Origin: Flammeovirgaceae bacterium UBA2338
GTDB lineage: Bacteria > Bacteroidota > Bacteroidia > Cytophagales > Cyclobacteriaceae
Length of the DNA: 64,000 nucleotides
Direction of reading: 5' to 3'
Assembly: GCA_002344795.1 (NCBI GenBank)
Contig: DDUM01000054.1
Location: 66,062 to 130,061 of the forward strand
Part shown: piece after piece, positions 38,393 through 48,826 of the stretch
Numbering within the stretch: position 1 is the first letter of the stretch
Layout of the letters: each line of letters begins with the position of its first letter
The notes under the pieces: generated by a model
The model's input: the letters and a program-made list of their open reading frames with translations, nothing else
Databases searched by the model: none
What the model was told of the DNA's origin: nothing
Made by a program: the position numbers and the translations under genes

Positions 38393-38413
38393 GTACTATG
38401 TATGACCAAGTAC
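38393..38413. promoter_or_regulatory. Candidate PadR operator GTACT-N11-AGTAC
   Basis: GTACTATGTATGACCAAGTAC, outer 5 bp perfectly inverted plus inner GT/AC, just upstream of padR. Confidence 0.55.
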
Positions 38414-38662
38414 CTTATGAAATATTTTTAAAATCATCGAATTCAGCCTGAAATCACACATTTTATTTTAAAATATTTTTTAATATGACAATTATTCAGA
38501 TGAAAGGAAAGTTAACAGTCCATCAGGTATATACCCCGATGATTACTTTGTACTGCCTTTTTTGCTACCTGTTACTTTGACTTTTTAAATCGTATTTAAA
38601 TGGGTACTACTGCCTATTTTTACTGAATTGTTCTAAACCTGTGTTAAGTTGGTTTCGCGCTG

Positions 38663-41600
38663 ATGAATAAGCCTCCCTTTGTTTTTTCAATATTATTGGC
38701 CTTACAGCTGTTTTTGAGCCCTAATGCCAGGGCGCAGTATGCCAATGACTGGATAGATTTCGGGAAAGAGTACTATAAAGTTACTGTAGCAGCCGATGGA
38801 GCCTATAGGCTCACTTTTAATGATCTTCAAAATGCTGGGTTTCCGGTAGGTTCGGTTGACCCTAGACGCATTCAGCTCTACCATAGGGGTGTAGAACAGT
38901 CAATTATTGTACAAGGACAAGCAGATGCTCAGTTTGATCCTGGTGATTACATTGAATTTTATGGTAAGAAAAATGATGGTGTCAACGACACAAAATTGTA
39001 CACTGCTGCCAATTTACAACCCCATCTCTACTACAATTTGTACAGCGATACTTCCGCCTATTTTCTTACCTGGAATCAATCGATTGTTCAAGGGAAGAGG
39101 ATGTCTACATTTTCTGAAGTGAATATCACAAACATTCCCAAGGAAACATTTCACTACAATGAGCAATTAAAAGTTTACTCCAATGAATATTCAACAGGAC
39201 TAACTGTAAGTGGTGTACTTCAGTACACACAGTTTGACGAAGGAGAAGGATGGACAGGCTCGACCATATGTATTGGTAACGCGGGTTGTACCGGACAACA
39301 GGATTTTACCATTAATAATTTGGCAGGAGGAATTGTGCCTGGGGGTGTTCCTCAATTAGAAATGTTATTGGTAGGAAGAGATGCACTTAATCATTTGGCC
39401 GAGGTTTATGTAGGATCTTCTACGGGTTCACTTCGACTATTAACAACTGAAAGTTTTGTTAACTATCAAACAAAAAAAATCAACCTTCCACTTGAATGGG
39501 CAGACATTAGCGCAGGGGGCCAACTTATAGTCCGAGTAAAGGCACTGGGAGTGGGAGGAGTACGCGATCGGTTGAGTGTCTCCTATATTAAGGTAATCCA
39601 TCCACAGGATTTTGATATGGCCGCCCAAAATTCGAAGTGGTTTATATTAGCCGAGAAACCTTCTGACAAATCTTATATTGAAATCACCAATCCGGGAGCA
39701 GGGTTGTCAATCTGGGATATTACCGATCCAAATCTGATTGAGATAATTGGAACTAACCCTGCCGGATCCAATACGAGTGCTGTGGTTCCCAATACCGCAG
39801 ATAGCAGAAAGCTTTATGTTAAAAACACTTTTCTAACGCCCGTTATTAAGCGTACCAGCTTGAGGCAGATATTTCCTTCTGCTCACAATTATATTATTAT
39901 TTCCAATAAAGCATTAATGAAACCAGCATTGGGTTATTCTGATGCGGTAAAGGCCTATGGTGGATATAGAGCTTCAGTAGAAGGAGGAGGTTATGATACT
40001 TTGGTGGTTTCAATGGATCAGCTTTATAATCAATTCAATTACGGGGAAAGTTCGTCATCAGCCATTTATGAATTCATGAAGTTTATGGTTGACAATGGGG
40101 ACCCCAAGTACCTCTTCTTAATTGGGAAAGGTCTTAATGTTTCACAAGGGTATTTTAGAAAAACTATTTTTGGGCCCAACGACTTTAAAGACCTGGTTCC
40201 CTCTGCCGGTATGCCTGGTTCAGATATGGCTTTTACTGCAGGGTTGGGGGGCACCACGTTTGAGCCCGCTGTGCCTACAGGAAGAATTACAGCAAGCAGT
40301 CCCACACAAGTTGCTTCTTATCTTAACAAAGTAAAAGAAACAGATGCTCTTGGGTTTGATGAATTATGGAGAAAGGATGTGTTGCATTTGAGCGGAGGGA
40401 TTCAGCCCCTGGAGTTGACTACTTTCAGACAGTACATGGATAACTTTGGTGATGTGGCGGAAGGTCCATACTATGGAGGGAAGATTAAAACAATAGGAAA
40501 GCAAGAACCGAATCCAGTTGAGCTTATTAATGTTTCTGAAGAGGTAAACAAGGGGGTTAACTTCATTACGTTTTTTGGACACTCATCACCAAGTACAATA
40601 GATATTGACATAGGGTTTGCCACCGATCCGGTGTTAGGGTATAATAATCCAGGAAAGTATCCGGCTTTTTTAATCAATGGGTGTAATGCGGGGGTCTTCT
40701 TTTCCAATGGAACTGTTTTTGGTGAGGATTGGGTGTTGGCCGCCAATAAAGGAGCTCGTAGTTTAATCGCACATAGTTCTTTTGGTTTCGTAAGTACGTT
40801 AAGATCGTATACTCAATTATTTTATGAAATCGGTTTTGGAGATTCTACGTTTATAAGAACAGGGATAGGAGATATTCAAAAGGAAGTAGCACGGAGATAT
40901 TTAGAAATAAACGCTACAGGAATATCAACCGTAACCCAAGTGCAACAAATGATGATGTTGGGTGATCCGGCAGTAAAACTATTTGGTGCACTAAAACCTG
41001 ATTATGAAACCAATGAGAATTCGCTATACCTTGAATCGTTCGATGGAAAGCCTGTTACGGCTTTAACAGATTCCTTTGCTATAAAGGTGATTGCAAGAAA
41101 CTTTGGATCGGTAAGTAAAGCGAATCTTGGGGTAAGGGTAACGAGAACATTCAATGATAAGACATCTATAACCTACGACTCTGTCTTTAATTCCCCTGGT
41201 TCAATAGATACACTCTCTTTTCTTCTCAAAAGAGAAGAGGGAGTAAGTGGGTATGGTAGGAATCAATTTTTAGTAGAATTAGATTTTGAAAATAAAATTG
41301 AAGAACTGAATGAGGATAACAATGTGGCTTTCTTGGAATTATCTATTCCGTTAAGTGGTACCAGAAACTTGTTGCCGAGACCGTTTGGGATCGTTAGCCA
41401 GCAAGATGTTGTTCTTAAGTGGCAAAATACTGATCTTCTCTCATTACCCAGAGCGTATAATATTGAGGTGGATACTGTGAACACATTCAACAGTTCATTT
41501 TTAAAACAAGCAACACTTGAGGGAAAGGTACTGCTGGAATGGTCAGTCTCATTACTTGAAAAAGATTCACTTGCTTATTACTGGAGAACTAAGTTGGCTG

Positions 41601-43621
41601 ACCCACAACCTGAGGAGAATGAAGAGTGGGCAACCAGTTCTTTTACTTATATCCACAATGGTGATGAAGGGTGGGCACAGGTTCATTTCCCTCAATATCT
41701 TGAAAACCCTACTGAAGGATTAATTACAGATCCGGTGGTAAGAGAACTTAAGTTCGAAGAAACCTCTGCTACAGTTTTTGTAAACAACTTTGGAGTAAAT
41801 CATCCATCACCATCTACTACCTCTTTTAAAATAAATGACATAGAGTATAACCTGGGCACACAAGGGCAACCCTGTAGAAACAATACCATCAATTTCGTTG
41901 CCTTTGACAAAACTACTTTAGTTCCTTATGCGGGTATACCATTTATTTTTCAAGATCCTAGAACTTGTGGGAGGGAGCCACAGGTAATTAATAGTTTTAA
42001 ATTAGCAGAACTGGAAACGGGAGGAAATGATGATTTGCTGAAGTACATTGATAATATTAAGGTAAGTGATTCAGTTGCTATTTTTTCAATGGGTAACGCT
42101 AGTTATACTTTATGGCCAGCCAATGTAAAATCAAAACTAGAAGAGCTGGGAATAAGTGGGGCTCAGTTATCATTGCTACAGGATGGCGAGCCGGTAGCGA
42201 TTTTTGGAAAAAAAGGAGGTACCCCTGGAGATGCAGTAATTGTAAAATCGATTGACACACCAGCAGATGAGCAGGAGCTGCAGGTAAGCAAATCCCTGAC
42301 AGGGAAGTACAATAATGGTAAAATGGTTTCTGTGTTAGTGGGGCCAGCCAATAGTTGGCAAAACTTTAGTCCGAACGTAAGGCGAACGACTGCTTCAGAT
42401 AACTACTCATTTGATTTGATTGGAGTAAGCCTTTTAGGGATAGAGACATTACTCTTTTCCAATGTTACGGCAGCCGTTGATCTCTCAGGAGTTGATGCCT
42501 CAAGTTTTCCAATGATGAAATTGATTTTATACACTGAGGATGAAGTGGATCAAACACCAGTCCAGCTTCATAATTGGATTGTGAATTATGAGCCGGTGGC
42601 AGAGGGAGTACTGTTGTTTAGGGAGGCACTGGAAAACGGTATGGTTTCAGAAGGGAAATTGTGGAAGGCTAGTTATTCATTTTTGAATATCTCTGAAAAG
42701 TTATTTACTGATTCGCTGGAAGTGAAGTTTAAAACTTTTAGCAAGGAGCAGAGAGCATCTGAAAACAAACAGATAAATATTATGGCACCCTTACCGGGTG
42801 ATACAACCCATTTTAGTTTTATGGTTGATACCAATCAAAAGGGAGGACTTAATGATGTGAATGTTTTTGTAAATGACAGAATTCTTCCTGAGCAATACTA
42901 TGAGAACAATACGCTCGAGCTGCTCAATTATCTTGATGTACAGGTGGATGAGATTGTACCTGTACTGGATGTAACTGTTGACGGAAGGTATGTTGAGGAT
43001 GGTGACTTTGTTGGAAGCACTCCCTTTATAGTGGCAACGATTTGGGATGAGAATCAATTTATCCCAAAGAAAGATACCCTTGGTGTGCGTGTGTTGTTAA
43101 AGCCTCCATGCATAGGAAGTTGTGAGTTTGAATCGATTTACTTTAGTCGTTCGGACATTGAATGGTTTCCGGCAACAGACAACTCGGACTTTCGGATTGA
43201 ATATAAGCCCGATCTTTTACTTGAGGGTGAATATACATTGAGAGTTGAGATTGCAGATGGTAGTGGTAACATGGCAGTGACGCCATACGAAGTCAGGTTA
43301 AAAGTTGACCTGAACACTGCTATACATTTTATTGAACCCTATCCAAACCCATCCACCGATAAAGTATTTTTTGAGTTTGTAGTCTCGGGTAACAGGCCAC
43401 CGGATTCATACCAATTACAAATCTTTGCTTTAGATGGAAGATTGGTAAGGACTTTCTCCAGAAGTCAGAAAAGTTTGCATGTTGGTCGTAACCAACTCGC
43501 CTGGGAAGGTAATGGAAATCAAGAAACGTCACTGAAAGGAGGGATGTACATTTACAAGTTGGGGATAACCATAGATGGAATCCCTCATTTCAGAAACGGT
43601 AAAATTATATTAATTCGGTAG
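38663..43621 (+). CDS. C25 (gingipain-family) protein, PorU2-like T9SS sortase homologue with C-terminal T9SS domain
   Basis: Signal peptide, YLFLIGKG, FFGHS and INGC dyad, LGDPA, C-terminal PYPNPST...GMYIYKL. Confidence 0.82.
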   Translation: MNKPPFVFSILLALQLFLSPNARAQYANDWIDFGKEYYKVTVAADGAYRLTFNDLQNAGFPVGSVDPRRIQLYHRGVEQSIIVQGQADAQFDPGDYIEFYGKKNDGVNDTKLYTAANLQPHLYYNLYSDTSAYFLTWNQSIVQGKRMSTFSEVNITNIPKETFHYNEQLKVYSNEYSTGLTVSGVLQYTQFDEGEGWTGSTICIGNAGCTGQQDFTINNLAGGIVPGGVPQLEMLLVGRDALNHLAEVYVGSSTGSLRLLTTESFVNYQTKKINLPLEWADISAGGQLIVRVKALGVGGVRDRLSVSYIKVIHPQDFDMAAQNSKWFILAEKPSDKSYIEITNPGAGLSIWDITDPNLIEIIGTNPAGSNTSAVVPNTADSRKLYVKNTFLTPVIKRTSLRQIFPSAHNYIIISNKALMKPALGYSDAVKAYGGYRASVEGGGYDTLVVSMDQLYNQFNYGESSSSAIYEFMKFMVDNGDPKYLFLIGKGLNVSQGYFRKTIFGPNDFKDLVPSAGMPGSDMAFTAGLGGTTFEPAVPTGRITASSPTQVASYLNKVKETDALGFDELWRKDVLHLSGGIQPLELTTFRQYMDNFGDVAEGPYYGGKIKTIGKQEPNPVELINVSEEVNKGVNFITFFGHSSPSTIDIDIGFATDPVLGYNNPGKYPAFLINGCNAGVFFSNGTVFGEDWVLAANKGARSLIAHSSFGFVSTLRSYTQLFYEIGFGDSTFIRTGIGDIQKEVARRYLEINATGISTVTQVQQMMMLGDPAVKLFGALKPDYETNENSLYLESFDGKPVTALTDSFAIKVIARNFGSVSKANLGVRVTRTFNDKTSITYDSVFNSPGSIDTLSFLLKREEGVSGYGRNQFLVELDFENKIEELNEDNNVAFLELSIPLSGTRNLLPRPFGIVSQQDVVLKWQNTDLLSLPRAYNIEVDTVNTFNSSFLKQATLEGKVLLEWSVSLLEKDSLAYYWRTKLADPQPEENEEWATSSFTYIHNGDEGWAQVHFPQYLENPTEGLITDPVVRELKFEETSATVFVNNFGVNHPSPSTTSFKINDIEYNLGTQGQPCRNNTINFVAFDKTTLVPYAGIPFIFQDPRTCGREPQVINSFKLAELETGGNDDLLKYIDNIKVSDSVAIFSMGNASYTLWPANVKSKLEELGISGAQLSLLQDGEPVAIFGKKGGTPGDAVIVKSIDTPADEQELQVSKSLTGKYNNGKMVSVLVGPANSWQNFSPNVRRTTASDNYSFDLIGVSLLGIETLLFSNVTAAVDLSGVDASSFPMMKLILYTEDEVDQTPVQLHNWIVNYEPVAEGVLLFREALENGMVSEGKLWKASYSFLNISEKLFTDSLEVKFKTFSKEQRASENKQINIMAPLPGDTTHFSFMVDTNQKGGLNDVNVFVNDRILPEQYYENNTLELLNYLDVQVDEIVPVLDVTVDGRYVEDGDFVGSTPFIVATIWDENQFIPKKDTLGVRVLLKPPCIGSCEFESIYFSRSDIEWFPATDNSDFRIEYKPDLLLEGEYTLRVEIADGSGNMAVTPYEVRLKVDLNTAIHFIEPYPNPSTDKVFFEFVVSGNRPPDSYQLQIFALDGRLVRTFSRSQKSLHVGRNQLAWEGNGNQETSLKGGMYIYKLGITIDGIPHFRNGKIILIR

Positions 43622-43632
43622 TCAGCAATTTA

Positions 43633-44103
43633 TTAATGGGCATGTCCACCAGGACCGTGCACATGTCCGTGTTCTAATTCTTCTTTTGTGGCTTCACGGA
43701 TGTCAACCACTTCTATTTCAAAGTTTAATGGAACCCCAGCCAACGGGTGATTACCATCAACAGTCACTTCTTCGGCACCTACTTCTGTGATTGTTACTAT
43801 CTGACCGTTTTGAGTATTGAACTGCATGCCTTTATCCACCTTTTGATCTCCAAATGCTGATTTGGGAACTTTTTGAATGAGCTTATCATTTTTCTCTCCA
43901 TATCCTTTTTCTGGAGCAATTTTAAGGTCAAGCTGATCTCCGCTTGCTTTTCCTTCAAGTCCTTCTTCCATTCCGATAATTAAATTACCACGGCCATGTA
44001 AGTAGTGAAGTGGGTCTTTCCCTGAACTTGAATCCAGGACATTGCCGTTATTGTCTCGAAGTGTGTAATGAATAGATACTACAGCGTCTTTAGAGATTGT
44101 CAT
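43633..44103 (-). CDS. slyD: FKBP-type peptidyl-prolyl isomerase SlyD
   Basis: VSIHYTL, PEKGYG, DGNHPLAG, His-rich tail HGHVHGPGGHAH. Confidence 0.93.
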   Translation of the reverse strand: MTISKDAVVSIHYTLRDNNGNVLDSSSGKDPLHYLHGRGNLIIGMEEGLEGKASGDQLDLKIAPEKGYGEKNDKLIQKVPKSAFGDQKVDKGMQFNTQNGQIVTITEVGAEEVTVDGNHPLAGVPLNFEIEVVDIREATKEELEHGHVHGPGGHAH

Positions 44104-44690
44104 TTTAAAAAGGTTTAGTGATGTAATAAATTATTGATGTAAAAAAATAATAGAAGGAAAGAAGAGTAAAGGTTAACAAAACTAAGCCTCTTATTATACC
44201 TCAAATTTAGGTATTACTATTACAAATTGAAAACCTGATGGATCATAAATACCCAGTTTAACACCATTTTCTTGAAGGACACATTGAATTTTCTTTATGG
44301 CCATATTTTACTTATTCTTCTCGAAGATGCGCGTAACCCAATTTGATCAAGAGAGTATTTTGGGCTAGGGTCATTCTTATTGACTCATCTTGTTGACCAC
44401 ACCATACCACAGATTGAGTGACTAAGCCATTTCGAAGGGATGAATTCTTCGTTTAGGATTTCAGTATTGGCATAAAATATTTTGGATTGAATCTATTATT
44501 GTTAGTTTAGTTCCATGTCACTTTAAACAGTAGGGGATAAATAAGTTGGTGTCAATTTCCTTACAAAGTATACACCAAATTGAAGTATAAATATTATTCT
44601 ATTGAAGGCATAATTGAGCTGATGTGGGTTCTTGAATTAGAAACCGAATGAACAATAAATCGAAATGGGGTATAAACAAACATTAAATGC

Positions 44691-45341
44691 ATGAGCAGTA
44701 AAGTCAACCTGTCTTCTCTTGGCAAAAAGAAAGTCGCAATTATTGAGGATAATAAAGAGCTTCGGGAGGGATTTGACTTTATTATTAAAAGTTCCAACAA
44801 GTATAATATTACTGGCCTTTATGATAGCTACGAAGAGGCCAATTTAAAAATTGCTAAAAATCTACCTGATGTCATTTTGATGGACATTGAGCTTCCTGGT
44901 AAAAATGGTGTAGAAGCAACCGCGCTTATTAAAGAAAAGTTTTCACAAGTAGAAATAATTGTCATTTCGGTTCATGACGACAATAACCTTATTTTAGAAG
45001 CATTTAAGGCTGGAGCTTCAGGTTATTTGATCAAAGATTTTAATTACACTGAACTCATTCAGGCGATAGATGATGTGCTTTCGGGAGGATCCCCCATGAG
45101 TGGCAGTGTTGCCAGGTTGGTGGTGGATCAGTTTCATGTTAATGTTAATTCACCTCTTAGCCATCGTGAAATTCAGGTGTTACAAATGATTTCAAGAGGA
45201 ATGACTTATTCTCAAATTGCTGAAGAGCTAAGTATTTCCAAAGAGACCTCCAAAGTTCATATAAGAAACATCTATAAAAAACTTCAGGTGAATTCTAAAG
45301 CTGAAGCGATTGCATTAGCACAAAGAGAGCGATTTATCTAA
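44691..45341 (+). CDS. NarL/LuxR family response regulator with no adjacent kinase
   Basis: IIED, LMDIELPG, GASGYLIKD; LSHRE..VL...YSQIA...SKVHIRNIYKKL. Confidence 0.92.
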   Translation: MSSKVNLSSLGKKKVAIIEDNKELREGFDFIIKSSNKYNITGLYDSYEEANLKIAKNLPDVILMDIELPGKNGVEATALIKEKFSQVEIIVISVHDDNNLILEAFKAGASGYLIKDFNYTELIQAIDDVLSGGSPMSGSVARLVVDQFHVNVNSPLSHREIQVLQMISRGMTYSQIAEELSISKETSKVHIRNIYKKLQVNSKAEAIALAQRERFI

Positions 45342-45589
45342 AGATATCACTTCTTTATTTTTATTGAATAGATTTTCTTAAAAATTACCTCTACCGTTGC
45401 TCGGGGTATTATTCATGCTATGGGTTAGTTGCATAACGCAATACCTTTCACACAGTAGTCTTTTTCTCGAAAAATACTCACAATTGGATTAGGGTCTTTC
45501 ATACTGGATTCGAAGAAATTTGGAATAAGCAATTGTATGTGCATTGCACATATATTGTGAAACCTAATTACTAATTTAATCTAAAACCT

Positions 45590-48500
45590 ATGAAGAAGTT
45601 TTTACTATTATGCTTCTCATTCGTTTTTGTACTCAGTGCCTGGGCGCAAGAGCGAGTGGTTTCTGGGAGAGTTACGGCTGCGGATGATGGCTCGACTTTG
45701 CCTGGAGTAAACGTGATTCTGAAAGGAACCGCAAATGGAACGGTTACCGATGTGGAAGGTAACTACCGATTGAATGTACCGTCATCAGGTGGAACATTAG
45801 TGTTCTCATTTATTGGTCTTCAAACTCTGGAGGTTGCTATTGGTGAACGCTCAACCATTGATCTTAGTATGGCTGCAGATGTACGTCAACTTACTGAGGT
45901 GGTGGTAACTGCTGTCGGTATTGAGCAAAACAAACGAACCTTGGGATATTCTGTTCAGAATGTAAAGGCTGATGACATCGTAAACGCCCGCGAGACTAAC
46001 TTGCTTAATGCACTTAATTCAAAGGTAGCAGGTGTATCTGTCGTTAGTTCTTCTGGTGCTCCAGGGGCATCTTCTAATGTTAGAATTAGAGGAAATACAT
46101 CTATTAATGGATCTAACTCTCCATTGTTTGTAGTGGATGGTGTTCCAATTGACAATTCAACAGGCGGACAAGGTAATGGTACTGGTGGAGTTGATAATTC
46201 CAATAGAGCAATTGACATAAATTCAAATGACATCGAGTCTTTAACTGTTCTTAAGGGAGCTTCCGCAACTGTTCTTTACGGTATTAGAGCAGCTAATGGT
46301 GCTATCATTATTACCACTAAAAAGGGAAAGTCGGGTAAGCCACAAGTTGACTTTAATACAACTTATACACTTGATCAAGTGAATAAGTTACCTGAATTCC
46401 AAATGAAATATGCACAAGGCCGACCTGTAGGTGGAGTGAATACTTGGAGAGGACCAGATACGTTCGAAGGTAATAGTTATGGTCCTGCAATTGCTGATCT
46501 AGAATTTGATGGCTCAGTTTATCCATTTGACAAGAATGGTAAATTAGTACCAAAAGGTACTGGTAATGGAGTTCCTGCTCGTAGTTATAATAATACGGAA
46601 GATTTCTTTATCACCGGACAAACTTGGGATAAAAACATTTCAGTTTCTGGTGGAACCGATAAATCTACGTACTACTTATCTTTTGGTAACTTAAAGACTT
46701 CTGGTATTATTCCTAATTCAGAATGGGAGAGAACAACTACAAAACTAACTACTGATACTAAAATAACGGATAAGCTCACCGCAGGAATGTCTGCAACATT
46801 CTCCAATACAGGTGGCAGTAGATTACAAAGAGGATCTAATATTTCTGGCGTTGCCTTAGGGTTATACAGAAATACCCCAACCTTTGATGCAGGTAATGGT
46901 AAAACGGGGCAAGAGGCCGCTGATGATCCTTCTACTTACGAGTTGCCAGATGGTTCACAAAGAAGTTACAGAGCTGGTATCTATGACAGTCCATATTGGA
47001 CTGTAGCAAAAAATCAGTTTGATGATAATGTAAATAGAATCATAGGCAATGTTAACCTGAAATATGAAATTACACCATGGTTGCAGGCCACTTATAAGAT
47101 TGGGTTGGATCATTATACTGATAAAACCAAAGGTTTTGCTGACGTAAAATCAGCTGCATTTCCTACTGGAACAATTGTAAACCTTGATATCAATAGTACT
47201 GATATAAACTCTGACTTATTATTTATAGTTAATAAAGACATCAATGAAGACTTAAATCTCAATGCTGTTTTTGGACATAACTATTACACATTTGATTATT
47301 ATACCGATTTTGCTCAGGGTACTGACTTTGGTTCTCCAGGATTTAGTAATATATCTAATGCCGCAACTGTTACTGCTACTGAAGGCTGGAACAGAAAAAA
47401 AATTAATGGTGTTATGGCAGATATTAAATTTGACTATAGAAATTTTCTATTCTTAAATTTAACAGGGCGTAATGACTGGTCATCGACCTTGCCAAGTGAT
47501 AATAATTCGTTTTTCTATCCAGCTGCAGCTTTAGGGGTTGATGTTACTGAAGCTTTTGGTATCGGTACTAATAGCCCTTTTTTATCTTATGCTAAATTGA
47601 GAGGATCATGGGGGCAAGTTGGTAATGATGCGCCTACTTTCGTAACCAGAAGTTACTTTAATTCAGCAACAGCTGGAGGAGATGGATTTATTGCTGGTAT
47701 TGGTTTTCCTGCCTTTGGAACTAATGCTTTTGAAAGAAGTAATACCTTAGGTAACGATAAGTTAAAAGCTGAATTAACAACTACCTATGAGTTTGGCGGA
47801 GAGTTCAAGTTTTTCAATGGACGACTAGGGTTTGATTACACATACTATAATAGTGAAACGGTAGATCAAATCATCAATATTAACATCTCAAATACAACTG
47901 GTTTTGGAGGACTTATAGCCAATGCGGGTACCATAGAAAACAAAGGGCATGAACTTTTAATTACAGGTACTCCTGTTAAGGCTGGAGATTTCTCGTGGAA
48001 TATTGAAGTGAATTTCACTAAATACGAATCGCTAGTGAAGGAGTTGGCGCCTGGTACGGATAGAATATTCCTGGCTGGATTTACATCAGCTTCTTCCAAT
48101 GTGATTGCCGGTAAACCTTATGGTGCGATCTATGGAAATGCATTTCAAAGAAACGATGAGGGTAAGTTGGTTATTGGCCCGAATGGATGGCCAAATGTTG
48201 ATCCTGCAGGAGATAAATATTTAGGTGATCCTACTCCAGATTGGATTGCAGGCATTAGAAATACCTTTTCATTTAAAGGTCTGAGCTTATCTGCATTGTT
48301 AGACATTAGACAAGGTGGTGATATTTGGAATGGAACCGGAGGCATTTTGAATACTTTTGGAACTTCTAAAAAATCTGGTGATGAAAGGGAAACTAGAGGA
48401 TACGTGTTTGATGGTGTTCTAGCCGATGCAAATGGAAACCCAACTGAAGGTATCAACAATATACCAGTTGATTTCGCTAATCCTGCAGATGGAGTTGCTG

Positions 48501-48799
48501 GTAATAAGTGGAACAGATATGGTTTTGGAGGTTTAGTTGAAGAAAACATTCAGGATGGATCTTGGATAAGACTTAGGCAACTTACTTTGGCTTATCAAAT
48601 ACCACCATCAATACTTTCGAAGCTTGGTATATCAAAAGCCTCGTTTTCTGTTCAGGGTAGAAACCTTTGGCTGAAAACTGATTATGATGGGATAGACCCA
48701 GAAACTAACTTAACAGGTGCTTCTAACGGTATTGGTTTGGATTATTTTAATATGCCAAATACCAAAAGTTACGGAGCTACTTTAAACGTAACATTTTAA
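45590..48799 (+). CDS. SusC/RagA TonB-dependent transporter
   Basis: LPGVNV..KGT, VRIRG..S, PLFVVDG, IESLTVLKGASATVLYG.RAANG; ends LNVTF. Confidence 0.95.
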   Translation: MKKFLLLCFSFVFVLSAWAQERVVSGRVTAADDGSTLPGVNVILKGTANGTVTDVEGNYRLNVPSSGGTLVFSFIGLQTLEVAIGERSTIDLSMAADVRQLTEVVVTAVGIEQNKRTLGYSVQNVKADDIVNARETNLLNALNSKVAGVSVVSSSGAPGASSNVRIRGNTSINGSNSPLFVVDGVPIDNSTGGQGNGTGGVDNSNRAIDINSNDIESLTVLKGASATVLYGIRAANGAIIITTKKGKSGKPQVDFNTTYTLDQVNKLPEFQMKYAQGRPVGGVNTWRGPDTFEGNSYGPAIADLEFDGSVYPFDKNGKLVPKGTGNGVPARSYNNTEDFFITGQTWDKNISVSGGTDKSTYYLSFGNLKTSGIIPNSEWERTTTKLTTDTKITDKLTAGMSATFSNTGGSRLQRGSNISGVALGLYRNTPTFDAGNGKTGQEAADDPSTYELPDGSQRSYRAGIYDSPYWTVAKNQFDDNVNRIIGNVNLKYEITPWLQATYKIGLDHYTDKTKGFADVKSAAFPTGTIVNLDINSTDINSDLLFIVNKDINEDLNLNAVFGHNYYTFDYYTDFAQGTDFGSPGFSNISNAATVTATEGWNRKKINGVMADIKFDYRNFLFLNLTGRNDWSSTLPSDNNSFFYPAAALGVDVTEAFGIGTNSPFLSYAKLRGSWGQVGNDAPTFVTRSYFNSATAGGDGFIAGIGFPAFGTNAFERSNTLGNDKLKAELTTTYEFGGEFKFFNGRLGFDYTYYNSETVDQIININISNTTGFGGLIANAGTIENKGHELLITGTPVKAGDFSWNIEVNFTKYESLVKELAPGTDRIFLAGFTSASSNVIAGKPYGAIYGNAFQRNDEGKLVIGPNGWPNVDPAGDKYLGDPTPDWIAGIRNTFSFKGLSLSALLDIRQGGDIWNGTGGILNTFGTSKKSGDERETRGYVFDGVLADANGNPTEGINNIPVDFANPADGVAGNKWNRYGFGGLVEENIQDGSWIRLRQLTLAYQIPPSILSKLGISKASFSVQGRNLWLKTDYDGIDPETNLTGASNGIGLDYFNMPNTKSYGATLNVTF

Positions 48800-48826
48800 T
48801 TAATAGCGGATGAATAAATATTTATT

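Noticed and set aside
44150-44520. Possible decayed histidine-kinase remnant upstream of the orphan LuxR regulator (minus-strand ...GFQFVIVIP)
   Set aside because: No recognisable H, N or G boxes in any frame; the resemblance is limited to a few residues
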